A DNA stretch of 51,148 bases, taken from Guillardia theta CCMP2712. Its lineage: Eukaryota > Protista > Cryptophyta. Of the stretch, positions 14,272-26,362 are shown piece after piece (the first letter of the stretch is position 1; each line of letters opens with the position of its first letter). The notes below the pieces were generated by a model that saw only the letters and a list, made by a program, of their open reading frames with translations, was not told the origin of the DNA and did no database searches. A program made the translations under genes and the position numbers. The stretch lies in contig NW_005434572.1 in the NCBI RefSeq assembly GCF_000315625.1, positions 79,706 to 130,853 of the forward strand. Reading direction: 5' to 3'.

Positions 14272-16427
14272 ATGGAAAACGCGCAAGCAGAATTGCACAG
14301 CTCTCCAGGATCAGGTGGTACAAGGATATGATCTCCACCCACTTTGACTTGAGCATGAGCAGAACATGTCCCTTCCCACAAGCGCCTTTCTGGACTGCTG
14401 AGGGGTTTCGAAACAGGCTGGCATGATTTCAAAAGGTCCTGCCGTTCGGTTACATCCAAGTTGGAAGTTGATCATTGGTTAGGGAAAGAAAGCTTGCTTG
14501 CAGAAGAGTCAAATCATTCCTTGAGAAGAGTATAGTCGAGCACGGAGATGTAAACAGATCATCGCTAATCTCTGCATTCCTAAATTCCCCTTGGCAGGTT
14601 TCAGAGAAGCCTTTTGATTTGCCCGCTGATGTACGATGTACGATTGCTGTAGCTGCGAGCCCTGACGGTGAGGCTGATCTCTTGGTTGTGAGCAGGACAC
14701 TCACGCCCGATGGCTGGCAGGTGCTTACTTCGCCACGTCTCATGGGGACCACACCATCAGGATCATCTCCGTACTAACAGGGCAGACAATTGCTGTCCTA
14801 GAGGGTCACACCCGCACTCCCTGGACTCTTCGCTTCCATCGGCTGCAGTCGAACCTGCTGGTCTCAGGTTGTCTCAACGGAGACCTCAAGGTATGGGACA
14901 TCCACACACAGACCTGCCTCCGCTTCGCCTCTCTGGGGACCGAGCGCGTTACCTCGGTTGCCTTTCACCCGGAGAAGTTTCTGATCGCTGCCTCGTGCGG
15001 GAGGGAGCTATTCTTCTGGGACATCTCCGTTGAAGATTCTCGGCCGAGGAAAGTGTTCGAGACGAGCATCGGGATCTTGTGTATCTACTTCCACCCAAAT
15101 GGCAAGTGGCTCCTGACTTGCGAGGTGCGGTCCTTGGAGTCGTCCAACAACAACAACGGGCAGCAAACGACCTCCCCTCACTTCTGCGTGAGGCTCCGAG
15201 ACCTCAACAACGAGCTCCGAACGTTCAACTCTCTTTCTCCGTCTGTCCCCGAAGGCGACTTCCTCCGTGTCGTCCTGGTGTACAGCGAGAGCGGAACCTG
15301 CATCTCTCCCTGTGGTCGATACCTCGCCGTCTGCTTGCCGGGACCCATCGACGGCAGGAAGAAGTTCGTCCACGATGCTCATCAGATCAGCCGCATGCAG
15401 AGCGAGCAGAGCGCCTATCAGAGCTCGAACCTCCTCCTGCAAGGCACTATGGCGCACGTTGCCAACGTCGAAAGGGCAGACAACCCAGCACAGAGCGCAG
15501 GAGAGGACGCGAACGAGATGGAGGAGGAGCCCCAGGGCCCCATCGCTCACTGTGACGGCAAGTGCCCCCTTTCCCCCTGACGCCTCACTTGTTTGCTTAC
15601 AACAAGGTCCTCAGGATACATCGCCATCATCTCTCTTGTACAGTCTACCTTCGCGCAAGTCTTGTGAGGAGTAGCAAGACACAACATCGTCGCCTGACAG
15701 CATGACACCTCCAGGTGTACAGCTCCCATATCCAAGAGCGCCAAGATCACCTGCATCCGTTTCTCAGCGTCTTGTCAGTACCTCCTCGTAGGATACGGCA
15801 AGTCGACGCCTCTCACTCCCCTTCGTGACCGTTGAGCAGGGGGGCGAGACATGCGGCCTGTGACAGCCGAGAGGCTCAAGAGGGGCCTCGAGCTGTATCG
15901 CTTCGACAACGAAGACAACAACAAGTCAACGGACTATGCGCTCAGCCTGGTCTTGCTCCTTCTTCCTTCTTCCTTTTTGCTACCGCTGCTCCTTCTCGTC
16001 CTGCCTTGCTCGGGTTCCTCTCTGTTTCTTCCATGCAGACACTACTCCACTTTCTTCTTCCTCTCTCCCGTATTGACTCTCTGAGTTCGCTTGCTCCCCT
16101 ACTCACCAGTTCCGGCCACGCCCCCCTCTCTTCCTGCTCCTCCTCTCCTCCTCTCCTCCTCTCCTCTCCTTCTCACTTTCAACTTGCAGGTTCGTGACTT
16201 CACCTCATCCAACGACGTCTTGAACGCGTGCGAGTGGCAGCCCGTCCTTGGTGGTTGCGTGCTCTACGGTGAGACCTCACCTGTTCCTCCCCAGCTGACC
16301 ACCAGCAGGCACTGACACGGGAAGAACCGTAACGCTGTCGTTTATCAGGGGGACGGAGAGGTTCCAGTCCAGCTGGAGTGGTAGCTGGGGAATGACTGAG
16401 ATGGCAGGGAGCCGGACGATCCGATGA
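14272..16427 (+). CDS. AMBRA1: AMBRA1-like WD40 repeat protein (multi-exon)
   Basis: Spliced: CTIAVAASPD/GAYFATSHGDHTIRIISVLTGQTIAVLEGHTRTPWTLRFH...LLVSGCLNGDLKVWD, ISPCGRYLAVC, ITCIRFSASCQYLLVGY, NACEWQPVLGGCVLYGT. This is the split WD40 architecture of AMBRA1 and its plant homologues. Confidence 0.85.
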
Positions 16428-17379
16428 GCCGGTCGCCCAACGCGGCAGATGAGACGACGAGGCTGTGGGTGCCTCGTCCCCAGGGTGAGAGCTCGGGTTG
16501 TAGCTGGGGAGGTTGACCGGCACGGCAGGGAACTCGTCGGGGAGCGAAGAGACGACGAGCGCGTCGAGCAGGATGGCGCCGCAGGTTCCAGTGCCAGCTC
16601 AGCCCTCCCCTCCTGCAGGCATGTGGAGCAGAGGAGCCCCGCACATCTAAGGAGGCTCGCAGCAGCATGAGAGAGGACGAGGGGCTAGGGGAAGGGGGAG
16701 AGAGAGGGAGGGAACGGGGGATAGCGATGGGAGGAGGAGAAGTTGTGGAGGTGCTTATGTGCATTTTTTCGCTCCTTAACTTTACAACATGAGAACATCA
16801 ACTGCCTTCACGGCTCCTCCTCGCTCAGCGATATCAGCTCGTGCAACATCCTCACCGTCGAATCGATCATCTCCTCGGCATTGTCCATCTTCAACTGGAG
16901 GAGGCGCGTCAACCCAAGCTGTCCCCCAGCTGATCTCCTCACCTTGCAAGTCTCCAGCAGGGCGCTGACCTCGAAAATCGTGGTGACCACGTCACATTCC
17001 TGCGCCATCTCGCTATGTAGAGCATCTCGCTGGATCCAGAGTCACCCTCTTCCATCATCCTCTTCCCCTCCTCCTCCTCCTCGCTCCTCCTTCCCTCACC
17101 TGATTCTGCCGGAAGTCCCTCATAGCCAGGTGCCACTTCTCCTCCGCCATCAGAACCGGCAGCGGCAACTTGCCAGCCCATCAGCCAGTCGCGCACGCGC
17201 TCAGGCGCTCACCTGATTCCCGTAGATGACCGTCTTGGTCGGCCGCCCGCGTCCTCCCCCAGGGATCTCCTTCTCCGAGCTGACGACCTTGGAGGCCGGG
17301 TTCTTGGGCAGGAGATAGTCGACGATCGTCAGCGGATTCCACGTCCCCTGGAGGCAACACGGTGAGTGAAGGCAACCAT

Positions 17380-17413
<34 letters not shown>

Positions 17414-19748
17414 CTGAGGATGAGGATGAGGATGAGGATGAGATGAGGGAGAAAAGAACAAGAACAGGATGGAGAGGCGGATGTCTCACCAGCAAAGATT
17501 CACTTTGCTTCTCGCTTTGCTGTGACCGTGCGGAGTTGAGCTGAAGGAGGTCGAGTCAAGCGAGGAGCAGGGCAGGTTGCAAGTTACCGAGCCCAACTCT
17601 TCCTGCTTCTTCACTTCGGATCTGAGGTCCTCCAGGTCGACCTTCTCTTCCTGCGGAGGATTCCTTGCGGCCTGAAGAGCGAGTGCGATCAGAAGATGAC
17701 ATTTGAAGCGGTCAGAAAGTGAAAGCATGTAGGGAAGGGAGAGAGAGCGCAGGGGGAAGGGGAGACGGAAGCAGGAAGAGGGGCTGGGAAGGAGCAGCAG
17801 GAGGAGGAGGAGGAGGAGGAGGAGGATGATGATGAGGGAACGGACGGGAGAGCCGATGGTGGGGAGGAAGGAGGAGGAGGAGGAGGAGGAGGAGGAGGAT
17901 GCTACCTTGAGTCTCTCAACATTCACCCTCAGAGTTGCCAAGATCAGCCTAGCAGCGCTCCGCTGATTCTTCTTGTACTGCAACCTCGACTCATGCTTGG
18001 TAATCACCTGCAGCCCAACTCAACGGCCCTGACACGATCGCACGAGGGCTGCCACACCCTCCGCTCCCTGCTTGACAGCTCCAGGCTCGACTGGACCAGG
18101 TTGATGGAGATGGCAATCATGATGAGGGCGCTGAAGGAGGCAGAGATGGCGACAAGTCTCCCCAGTCGGGTGCTCGGGTACACGTCGCCATACCCGACCG
18201 TCGTCATGGTCACTATGATAAGCCATATGCTGTTGAAGAGGTTGCGCAGCGGGCCCTGTTATGAAAATTTAGAAGAGCAGGACAGGAAGAGATGTGAACG
18301 CAGATGAGCAAGACTTTTTTCAGAGAAGCAAGATGATGATGATGAGATGATGATGATGATGAAGGATTTGGAGAGCAGGAAGGAGGAGGAGGAGGAGGGA
18401 GGAGGAAACAGCAGAAAACTGACGGTGGTGCTGATCAGAGAACGGGGAAAGGAGCGAGACAGCGACTAGGAGGGGGAGGTCGAGAAGGTCTGACCTCTGC
18501 CGTCGGCCTTTCAAACATCATCATCATGTAGCTGTAAAGAATAATCTGCAGGAGAAACATACTGATGACCGCCGTCAGGGACTGCAAAGTTGGGCATGTA
18601 AGTCATACGCTGCACCAATCACAACCACTCACTGTCGACATGGTCGTCCGAATCAGGAACGAATCGTTGACAAGCGTCTTGTTCAGAGCGCAGAAGACGT
18701 CGAAGTCATCAGTGTAGATGTCCTGGATGCAATGACTGGGGCCCCAAAGGTCACCAGGAGAAGTCAGAGGCAACTGGGGCTTACGAGAAGTATCGGGGAA
18801 GGAAATAAATCCGCAAAAACATGAGGCTCAGCAGCACAACCTGCCATGTCTCCTCGTCACCAGCGAACAAACCCTCACTCTCACATTACCGAGATCGAGT
18901 ACACCGAGTTCCTGTTCAGCCCCGCGTCGTGTACGGAAAACGTGATGTCTATGAAGGGATAGGGCTGTGGGAGCAAGATGAGAACGTCTCGGATCAGCTG
19001 CCCCCAGAGGTTCGCCCCCTTCAGCGCCCTGACTGAGAACCCTGCAGGAGGACGGAGAGTTGTGAGCTAGGACGCGGAGGATGCGACGGCTCTACCTGGA
19101 GCGATATTGCATCCCTTGAGACGCATTACACACAGCTCAGCATGGTAATACTGCCACAGGTAGTAGAAGGCGATGGCGGTTGAGACCATCTGGTCGCGCA
19201 AGTGAGGGGAGGGGAAGGGAGAGGAGGCGACTTACAGTGGTCAGTTCGAGAGAGAGCGACTGGAAGGAGTTGGAGTTCTTGAAGCCATACCGGATCTCGT
19301 TAGCCCAGACCGCACAGATCAACCCAAAGATGGTCGTAAAGAAGAAGTTGCGGCACATTGTCTTGCGGTACTCCTTGTAGTAGGTGATGCCCCGGTCTGC
19401 ATGGTCCGCGAGGGTGCCGGTGTTGTTCTGGATCGCAGCGGCAAGTGCCAGCCAATCGGAGATCGGAATCCTTTTCTTCCCTCCTTGAGTCAAAGTCGAG
19501 ACTCCTACAAGGTCAATATCTTTCAGCCCGAGCTGCTTCAGTGATTGGACATGCGACAGGCTGCTCCTCTGACCAACGGAGGAGGAGCATGTCCGTTTGA
19601 ACCCTGAGAAGCATCAGGCACAAGAAGCGATGCTCATGCACAGACCTCTGGATACTCTGCTCGAAGGGGGTCCCTCGTTCCTGTTCCACTCTGCTGTGCC
19701 ATCTGACCTCCTCGATTCGGCGCCTGGTTCCAGAGGGGTAGGGTTCAT
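16345..19748 (-). CDS. K+ channel, small-conductance Ca2+-activated (SK/KCNN)-like; last exon frame uncertain
   Basis: Pore NSIWLIIVTMTTVGYGDVYPSTRLGRLV, S6 ending LELSSRERRV, post-S6 YKKNQRSAARLILATLR (CaM-binding-like), S3 LLPQPYPF, S4 MFLRIYFLPRY. Confidence 0.82.
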
Positions 19749-20239
19749 CTTTACTTCACTTTCAGTCTCTCACGCCTTCTGCACATCATGTCATCTCTTC
19801 AGTCATCGGCCAGCTCTAGCGGCAACCCCTTGGCACTACAATCAATCCACGTCTGCCTGTCCTGTCCTACAACACTGAGCACACATAGGAAAAGATTTTG
19901 ATCAGCCAGCCAAGCTGATCAAGTGAACAAGAAATAACTAACCATCATCACTCCTTTTCTCCATCTAATCTCTCTCCGGGTTCATTCTTTCCTCCGATCA
20001 ACCGCTTAGCAACTAGATCCTTTCTCTTCCCCCTAGCCTCGTTTCCATCCTCCCCTGCTCTCTCGAGGTCGCACTCATCTTCAGCATTCACTGCCACACA
20101 TGATCGCTGATGCTATCAGAGTTTCGCCTTCTGCCATCTCAGAATTGCTCTTCTTACCGCTTCACTTGTCCATCGATTTCTCCCAACCAGCCGCTGGCGC
20201 CATGATCTATTTCCGGGTGGCCCTCATACCACACTATGT

Positions 20240-20580
20240 TCACCCCTACCCCCTCAATCCCCTCCCGACACCCTTGTTTTCTGAGGACTACCCTCAATAA
20301 ACCCTGGACCCCCTATTATTCTGTTGACTACCCCACCCATGAAGAATGCCTTCGCCCTCATCCCCCACATCACATCGATGAGTGGCTGTATGAGGGGTCA
20401 AGGAATCAGATGGGGTGGGGGTGAGGAATTTGCTTTTTGCCCCAGGGTGGGTGTATTAAGTACCCCCATTTTCCAATTAAATTTCCTAACGCAATAACCC
20501 ACCTTTTCACGATGATTTCCCAAGTGTGGGGTGCTTGGCGAAGAATGAAGGGTCCACACCTGAGGGGTAGGGGGGTGGTC
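20240..20580. promoter_or_regulatory. ACCCC/GGGGT-rich tract upstream of RPL4 (divergent spacer)
   Basis: C-run half followed by G-run half; GACTACCCCACCCAT at 20326-20340. Confidence 0.45.
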
Positions 20581-20621
20581 TTTTTTTCCAGGTGCACGAG
20601 CTCGTGGAAGCAGCTCAGGCC

Positions 20622-22079
20622 ATGGCAGCGCGTCCTGTCGTGTCGGTCATGTCGGCGACGGAGGAGGGGAAGAGCGTCGGCTCCCTCCCCCTCCCCCACG
20701 TCCTCCTCACCCCTATCCGTCAGGACATCGTCCACAGGGTTCACACCAACATGGCGAAGAACAAGCGCCAGCCCTATGCTGTCAACTCCAAGGCCGGTAT
20801 GCAGCAGTCTGCCATTTCGTGGGGAACTGGTCGTGCTGTGTCCCGTATCCCCCGTATCTGTGGTGGAGGAACCCACCGATCCGGCCAGGGAGCCTTCGGT
20901 AACATGTGCAGAGGTGGACGCATGTTCAACCCTACCAAGACCTGGCGCAAGTGGACTGCCAAGACCAACACCAACGAGAGGCGTGTGGCTGTGTGCTCTG
21001 CCCTCGCTGCTTCCTCCGTCCCAGCTCTCCTCATGGCCCGCGGTCACCGTGTGAACAACGTCTCTGAGGTTCCCCTTGTTGTCTCCAACGAGATCGAGTC
21101 GTACACCAAGACCAAGCACGCCCTCGACCTCCTCAAGCTCATCAAGGCCATGGATGACATCGAGCATGTCAAGGACTCCAGGAAGATCCGTCGTGGCAAG
21201 GGTAAGATGAGGAACAGGAGATACGTGCAGAGGAAGGGACCTCTCCTCGTTTACGCCAACAACAACGGCATCGAGCAGGCCTTTAGGAACATCCCCGGCC
21301 TCGACATCGCCTGCGTTGATCGCCTCAACCTCCTCAAGCTTGCTCCTGGTGGTCACCTCGGCCGCTTCGTCATCTGGACCCAGTCCGCCTTTGAGAAGCT
21401 CGACAGGTGGCTCTTCTTTCCCTGTTCCCCTCCTCCGTTTCCTGTTCCACCTCTTGTCACATTTCCCTTGTCATCTTCCTGCTCCTCGCGCGATCTTCAG
21501 TTGTCTTACTGAGTGGCAGCATCTTCGGATCCTACGACAAGCCCTCGGAGATCAAGAAGACCTTCACCCTCCCCCGCAGCATGATGACCAACGCCGATCT
21601 CGCTCGCATCATCAACTCCGACGAGATCCAGTCCAAGGTCCGCACTGCCAAGGCTGGCTTCGCCAAGCCTTCGCGCAAGAGGAACCCTCTCAAGAACCTC
21701 GGAACCATGTTGAAGCTCAACCCCTACGTTGCTCAGGTGTGGAACCTCCTTCCAACCTTATCCCTTTTCCGTCCTCTCGTGCCTCATGCTGTTGTCGCTT
21801 TTCTCTTATCCTCAACCTCCGGCTTCTCCCTCAGCAGTCTGACATGCTCTACAGCTCAAGCGTGCCGAGAAGGCCAAGAACCTGGTCGGAGAGGCGAAGA
21901 AGAAGGTGCTCAAGCCCAAGGTCGCCGCTGGCGTCAGGAAGGCCGCGAAGAAGGGAAAGAAGACTTGCGAGATCAAGTTCTGCGAGACCCTCCGTGCCGA
22001 CCCCAAGACTCCCTGCGCTGCTTTCCTCGACTCCTACAACAAGGTCGAGGAGACCCTCCCCACCCTTGGCGGTCAGTGA
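20622..22079 (+). CDS. RPL4: 60S ribosomal protein L4 (uL4); 2 introns
   Basis: MAARPVVSV...[40 protein letters not shown]...[20 protein letters not shown]; [15 protein letters not shown]; strong codon bias; stop TGA 22077-22079. Confidence 0.98.
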
Positions 22080-22516
22080 GCTCTTCTATCTTATTAAAAA
22101 CTACAGCGGAATGTTGTGCTAGTCTGATGAAGTGGCTATGAAGAGCGAAGAAGGGATGAGGGGAGGAAGGGATGAGGGGAGGGAAGGGAGAAGGGGAGGG
22201 AAGGTGGATAGTATGTATGAAATGGTATCATATGACACTCGTGACGAAACTTCTGGATGACGGAGGAAATGGGAGCTGAGGTTTTAACATGACCTCGATT
22301 GAGGTCTGGAATGCCGGTGGCAGACTGAGAAGAAGCGAACTGAAGGAGAGGGAGGGAGGCATGGAGAGTGGGAGAGGAGGTTAGGGAGGGAGGGAGATAG
22401 GAGGGGAGGAAGAGAGAGGGAGGGGAAGAGGGAAAGGGAGTGTGGTTTGTCTTGATCTGCATGTACAACAAGAGCTACACGTACATGAGCAGCCTCCTCT
22501 TCTTGTAGCTGCTGCC

Positions 22517-25490
22517 TTATCTCCTTCCTTTGCTGATCGTCTTCTTCGGGGCACGTGCTCGTGCCATAGCCTGGCAACCATGTCACCTACTTTCCTCCTC
22601 CTCCTCCTCCTTCCTCCTCCTCCTCCTCCTCCTCCTCCTCCTCCTCCTCGTCTCTCACCTCTGCCTTCTTTCTGTTGCCCTTCTTCCCTCCCTTAAAGTT
22701 TCGGTTGCCCGTGCGGATCGTAGCAGCTGAATCCTTCTTCATGCGCCTGATGGTGCACGTCAGGTACAAGAAGCAGGTGAATAGACAAGCGCAGGAGGAG
22801 GAGGAGTGCGAACAAGTAAGGAACAGGAGGAGCGAGATAGGATAGGGAAGAGGAGGAGGAGGAGGAGGGAGGGAGGGGAAGGAGAGCGAAGAGGAGCACC
22901 TATCCACAATCTTGACTCCCTTCTTTCCAACAGACACTGATCCTTTCTTGGCAACAACCGCCACCTTCCTGGGCCTCTTCACCGCCACTCCCTTGTCGTA
23001 GAGCTTCTGCAGGGCCCTCATCTTCGCCTTCTCCGAGATGTCTCCGTCGTTGGTGATCGCGTCAGCCTTGTTGTTGAGCTTCTGCATCGCCCGGACGGCC
23101 TTGAGCTTCTTGCGCGCCTTGGCCTCCATGACCTTCTTGATCGGGCGAGCCGCGATCTCCAGGTTCTTCCTCCTCTCCTCCGCGATCATCTCCTTGGTGA
23201 TGGGCAGCTGCTGCTTATTGAACTTCCTCTCCTCGTCCTGGAACCACTTGGGCGCCATGTGCCCGTCGTTGAACGTGTAGCGGTGATAGCACGCGTCGAT
23301 CAGCTCCTCCTTCCTGATCTTCTTCTTCAGCAGCAGCGACCCCAGCGCCCCGATCTCTGCCTCCTCCTCCGAGTCCATCGACGACAGGTCGCTATCGCTC
23401 ATCGCCACCTCCTCGAAATCTTCCTCCTCCTTTCCTCCTTCCTCCTCCTCCTCCTCCTCCTTCCCTTTCTTCTGGGCTTTCTTCGGGGCCGGTCCTATCG
23501 CTCCTCCTCCTCCCGAGCCGGAAGCTTTGGATCCCTTGTTCCTCTTCTTGCTGGGGCAGCAGCAGCCTCCCCCCCCTCCTCCCCTTCCTCCTGAGCTGCC
23601 TCCTTGTCTAGAGCAGAAACGTCGATCCCACTGAAGATAGGCTGAGAGAACCACTTGAGGGCCATGGACTTCTTCTTTCTCTCCTTTTCGTCCTCCTCGC
23701 CGTCCTCTTCGCCGTCCTCCTCGCCGACCTCCTCCTCCTCGTCTCCGCCCTCCTCTTGGCTGTCATCGTAGATGTCTTTCGTCATGTCCGGGACAAACTC
23801 GTCGAGGTCCTCGTCGTCCAACCCGCTCTTCCTCTTCCTCTTCTGCTTCTTCAGGTTCACTCCTCTCCTCTCGCAGTAGCTCTCGTAGAGCAGGTCCATC
23901 TCCTTCTCCATCATCTTCATCCTCCTCTCCTCGTCTGACAGATCTTCATCCTCCTCCTCCCCGTCGCTGCTATCCGTCACCTCGTCGTCCCCGCTCCCTC
24001 CGTCCATGGCGTACTTGTCTGCCTGATCCAAGGAAACTTCAGACTCCACCATCTTGGTCTTGTCGTTGAAGGCAAACAGCCCCTGCTCCTCCTGCGTCTC
24101 CAGCTGATCCCCGACGATGTCCATCTTGAGATCGATGCGGCGCTGATGTTTAGCCTTCTTCTCCCTCTCCTTCCTCTTCCTCCTCTTCTCTCGCGCCTGC
24201 GCCTTCTTGTTCAGCTCGCTGATCTCGCGTGACAGCTTCTCCTCGTCGTTCTCGTTCGCCTCCCCCTCCCCTCCCTCCTGGCTGCCCTCCGTGTCGCTGC
24301 TCTCTTGCTCCTCCTGGATCACTTCCTTCATGCTGTCCCTCCACCTGAGCAGCTTGCGGAAGTCTCCCTTCCCCAGCACGCGCAGGTCCTTGCAGCACTC
24401 CTTAACCTCCTCGTTGGTCTTCTCGTGCTCCAGCAGCTGCTCGTCTACTTCATGCCCCTCCCGGAACACGATCTTGTTGTAGTCTGTCAGGACCTGCAGC
24501 GCATCCTCGTGGAGAACAAACTCCTCGGCTGAGATCTCCTTGTACAGCATCGTGATTCCTTCCTCATAACCGTCCCTGTGCCTGACGTTGAGCTTCTTCT
24601 GCTGCAGCACGTTTGCCTTCTTCGCCGGCCCATCGTTGACGTCCTCGAACACGTTCTTCGGGTCCAGCAGCTTCGGATCGATCTTCTTCGGAGCCAGGTA
24701 TCCCAGGCACACCACAAAGATCTCTGCAGACTCGTTACGAGACGCCTGCGGCTTCGTGGCCTCTACGCGCTTGAAGAGCTGGTTCAGAACCCAGATGAGA
24801 GAGTTGTAGTCTGCCGATCGGAACACTTTGGTCACGAAGTTTCCTCCGGGAGCAAGGAAGTTGGTAGCAAGCTTCAGAGCCTGAAGCGTCAGCTCTGACT
24901 GGCTGTAGGCGTCCTTGGTCCAGTTCGCTCCCACGTTGGGCGCACCATCGTTGAGGACCAAGTCGACCTTCCAGGTCTTGATGTGATTCTTGATTGCTGC
25001 TTTGCACTTGTCGGTTGTGATGTCCTCCTGTCCTCACGCCATCAAACACAAGACAATCCTCCTCCTCCTCCTCCATCTCTCTCTCTTCCTCCTCTCGTTC
25101 CCCCTTCCCCCTCCCTCCTCTATCACTCCCTTCTCGCCCCTCCTTCCCCCTCCTCACCTCTCCCTCCCTTCCCCTCCTCACCTCTCCAACCCTTCTGCCT
25201 CTGCCTCTCACTCTCCTCCTCCATCTCTCTCTCTTCCTCCTCTCCTCCCACCTGCAGCGCGATGACACGCTTGATGGGCTTGATGGGGCAGAGATCGACG
25301 CAGAGAATGATGGAGGAGACAGGGCAGTTCTTGGCGGCTACTTGCGACCATGATCCTGGAGCACCGCAGAGATCGAGAACGACTTTCGCCTTGCTCAGGA
25401 GGTCAAACTTCTTGTTCAGCTGGATCAACTTGAACGCTGCTCGAGATCGGTACCCCTGCTCCTTGGCGAGATGATAGAATTTATCTGAGG
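22517..25490 (-). CDS. SPB1: SPB1/FTSJ3 pre-rRNA 2'-O-methyltransferase (first exon probably in or near the N gap)
   Basis: [74 protein letters not shown], and C-terminal [31 protein letters not shown]. Confidence 0.96.
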
Positions 25491-25701
25491 GCAGCTCGTC
25501 ACTAGCCTCCTCTTCAACTATCTCCCCCTGCCTTCCCCCTTCTCCTCCCTCTTTTCCCAGACTCCGCGACCTCAACTCCTCAAAAAGTCCACCAACACAT
25601 CTCCTCCGATCAATTTCTCCTCTCGTATTTTGTCCTTCCCTCCTCTTCCCTCCTCTCCTCTCCCCTCCCCTCCTCTCCTCTCCCCTCCTCTCCTCTCCTC
25701 T

Positions 25702-25972
25702 NNNNNNNNNNNNNNNNNNNNNNNNNNNNNNNNNNNNNNNNNNNNNNNNNNNNNNNNNNNNNNNNNNNNNNNNNNNNNNNNNNNNNNNNNNNNNNNNNNN
25801 NNNNNNNNNNNNNNNNNNNNNNNNNNNNNNNNNNNNNNNNNNNNNNNNNNNNNNNNNNNNNNNNNNNNNNNNNNNNNNNNNNNNNNNNNNNNNNNNNNNN
25901 NNNNNNNNNNNNNNNNNNNNNNNNNNNNNNNNNNNNNNNNNNNNNNNNNNNNNNNNNNNNNNNNNNNNNNNN
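25702..25972. other. Assembly gap flanked by (CTCCT)n / (GAGAG)n repeats
   Basis: Run of N. Confidence 1.
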
Positions 25973-26362
25973 GAGGAGAGGAGAGGAGAGGAGAGGAGAG
26001 AGTTGAAGACACTGCAAGTAGATCACATGAAAGACAAACGTGACACTTGTACACGTTTGCTGCCCTGACACAACAGTTCCCAACACAAGGCTCCCTACAC
26101 AGATTCGACAAGTGCTCATCCAGCACGGGTTTACTTCCCGGCTGCTGCAATGCCATGACTATGGGAGGGTTGACATGGAGAAGTAAACACAAGGAGCTCT
26201 TCACGGAAAATTCAAGGAAAGCTGTGAGGCACGTTTCCCGAGAGGTTGATGATTGAAGCAGTGATTTGATGTCTCTCCTGGCAACCATGTGAACAAGTGT
26301 ACATCACATTGCAACACAAGAGACTTGAGAAAGCAACGAGCGGATCAAGAATAAGGACTGAC

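Noticed and set aside
21406-21854. snoRNAs in RPL4 introns
   Set aside because: No box C/D or H/ACA motifs evident; the introns are pyrimidine-rich filler.
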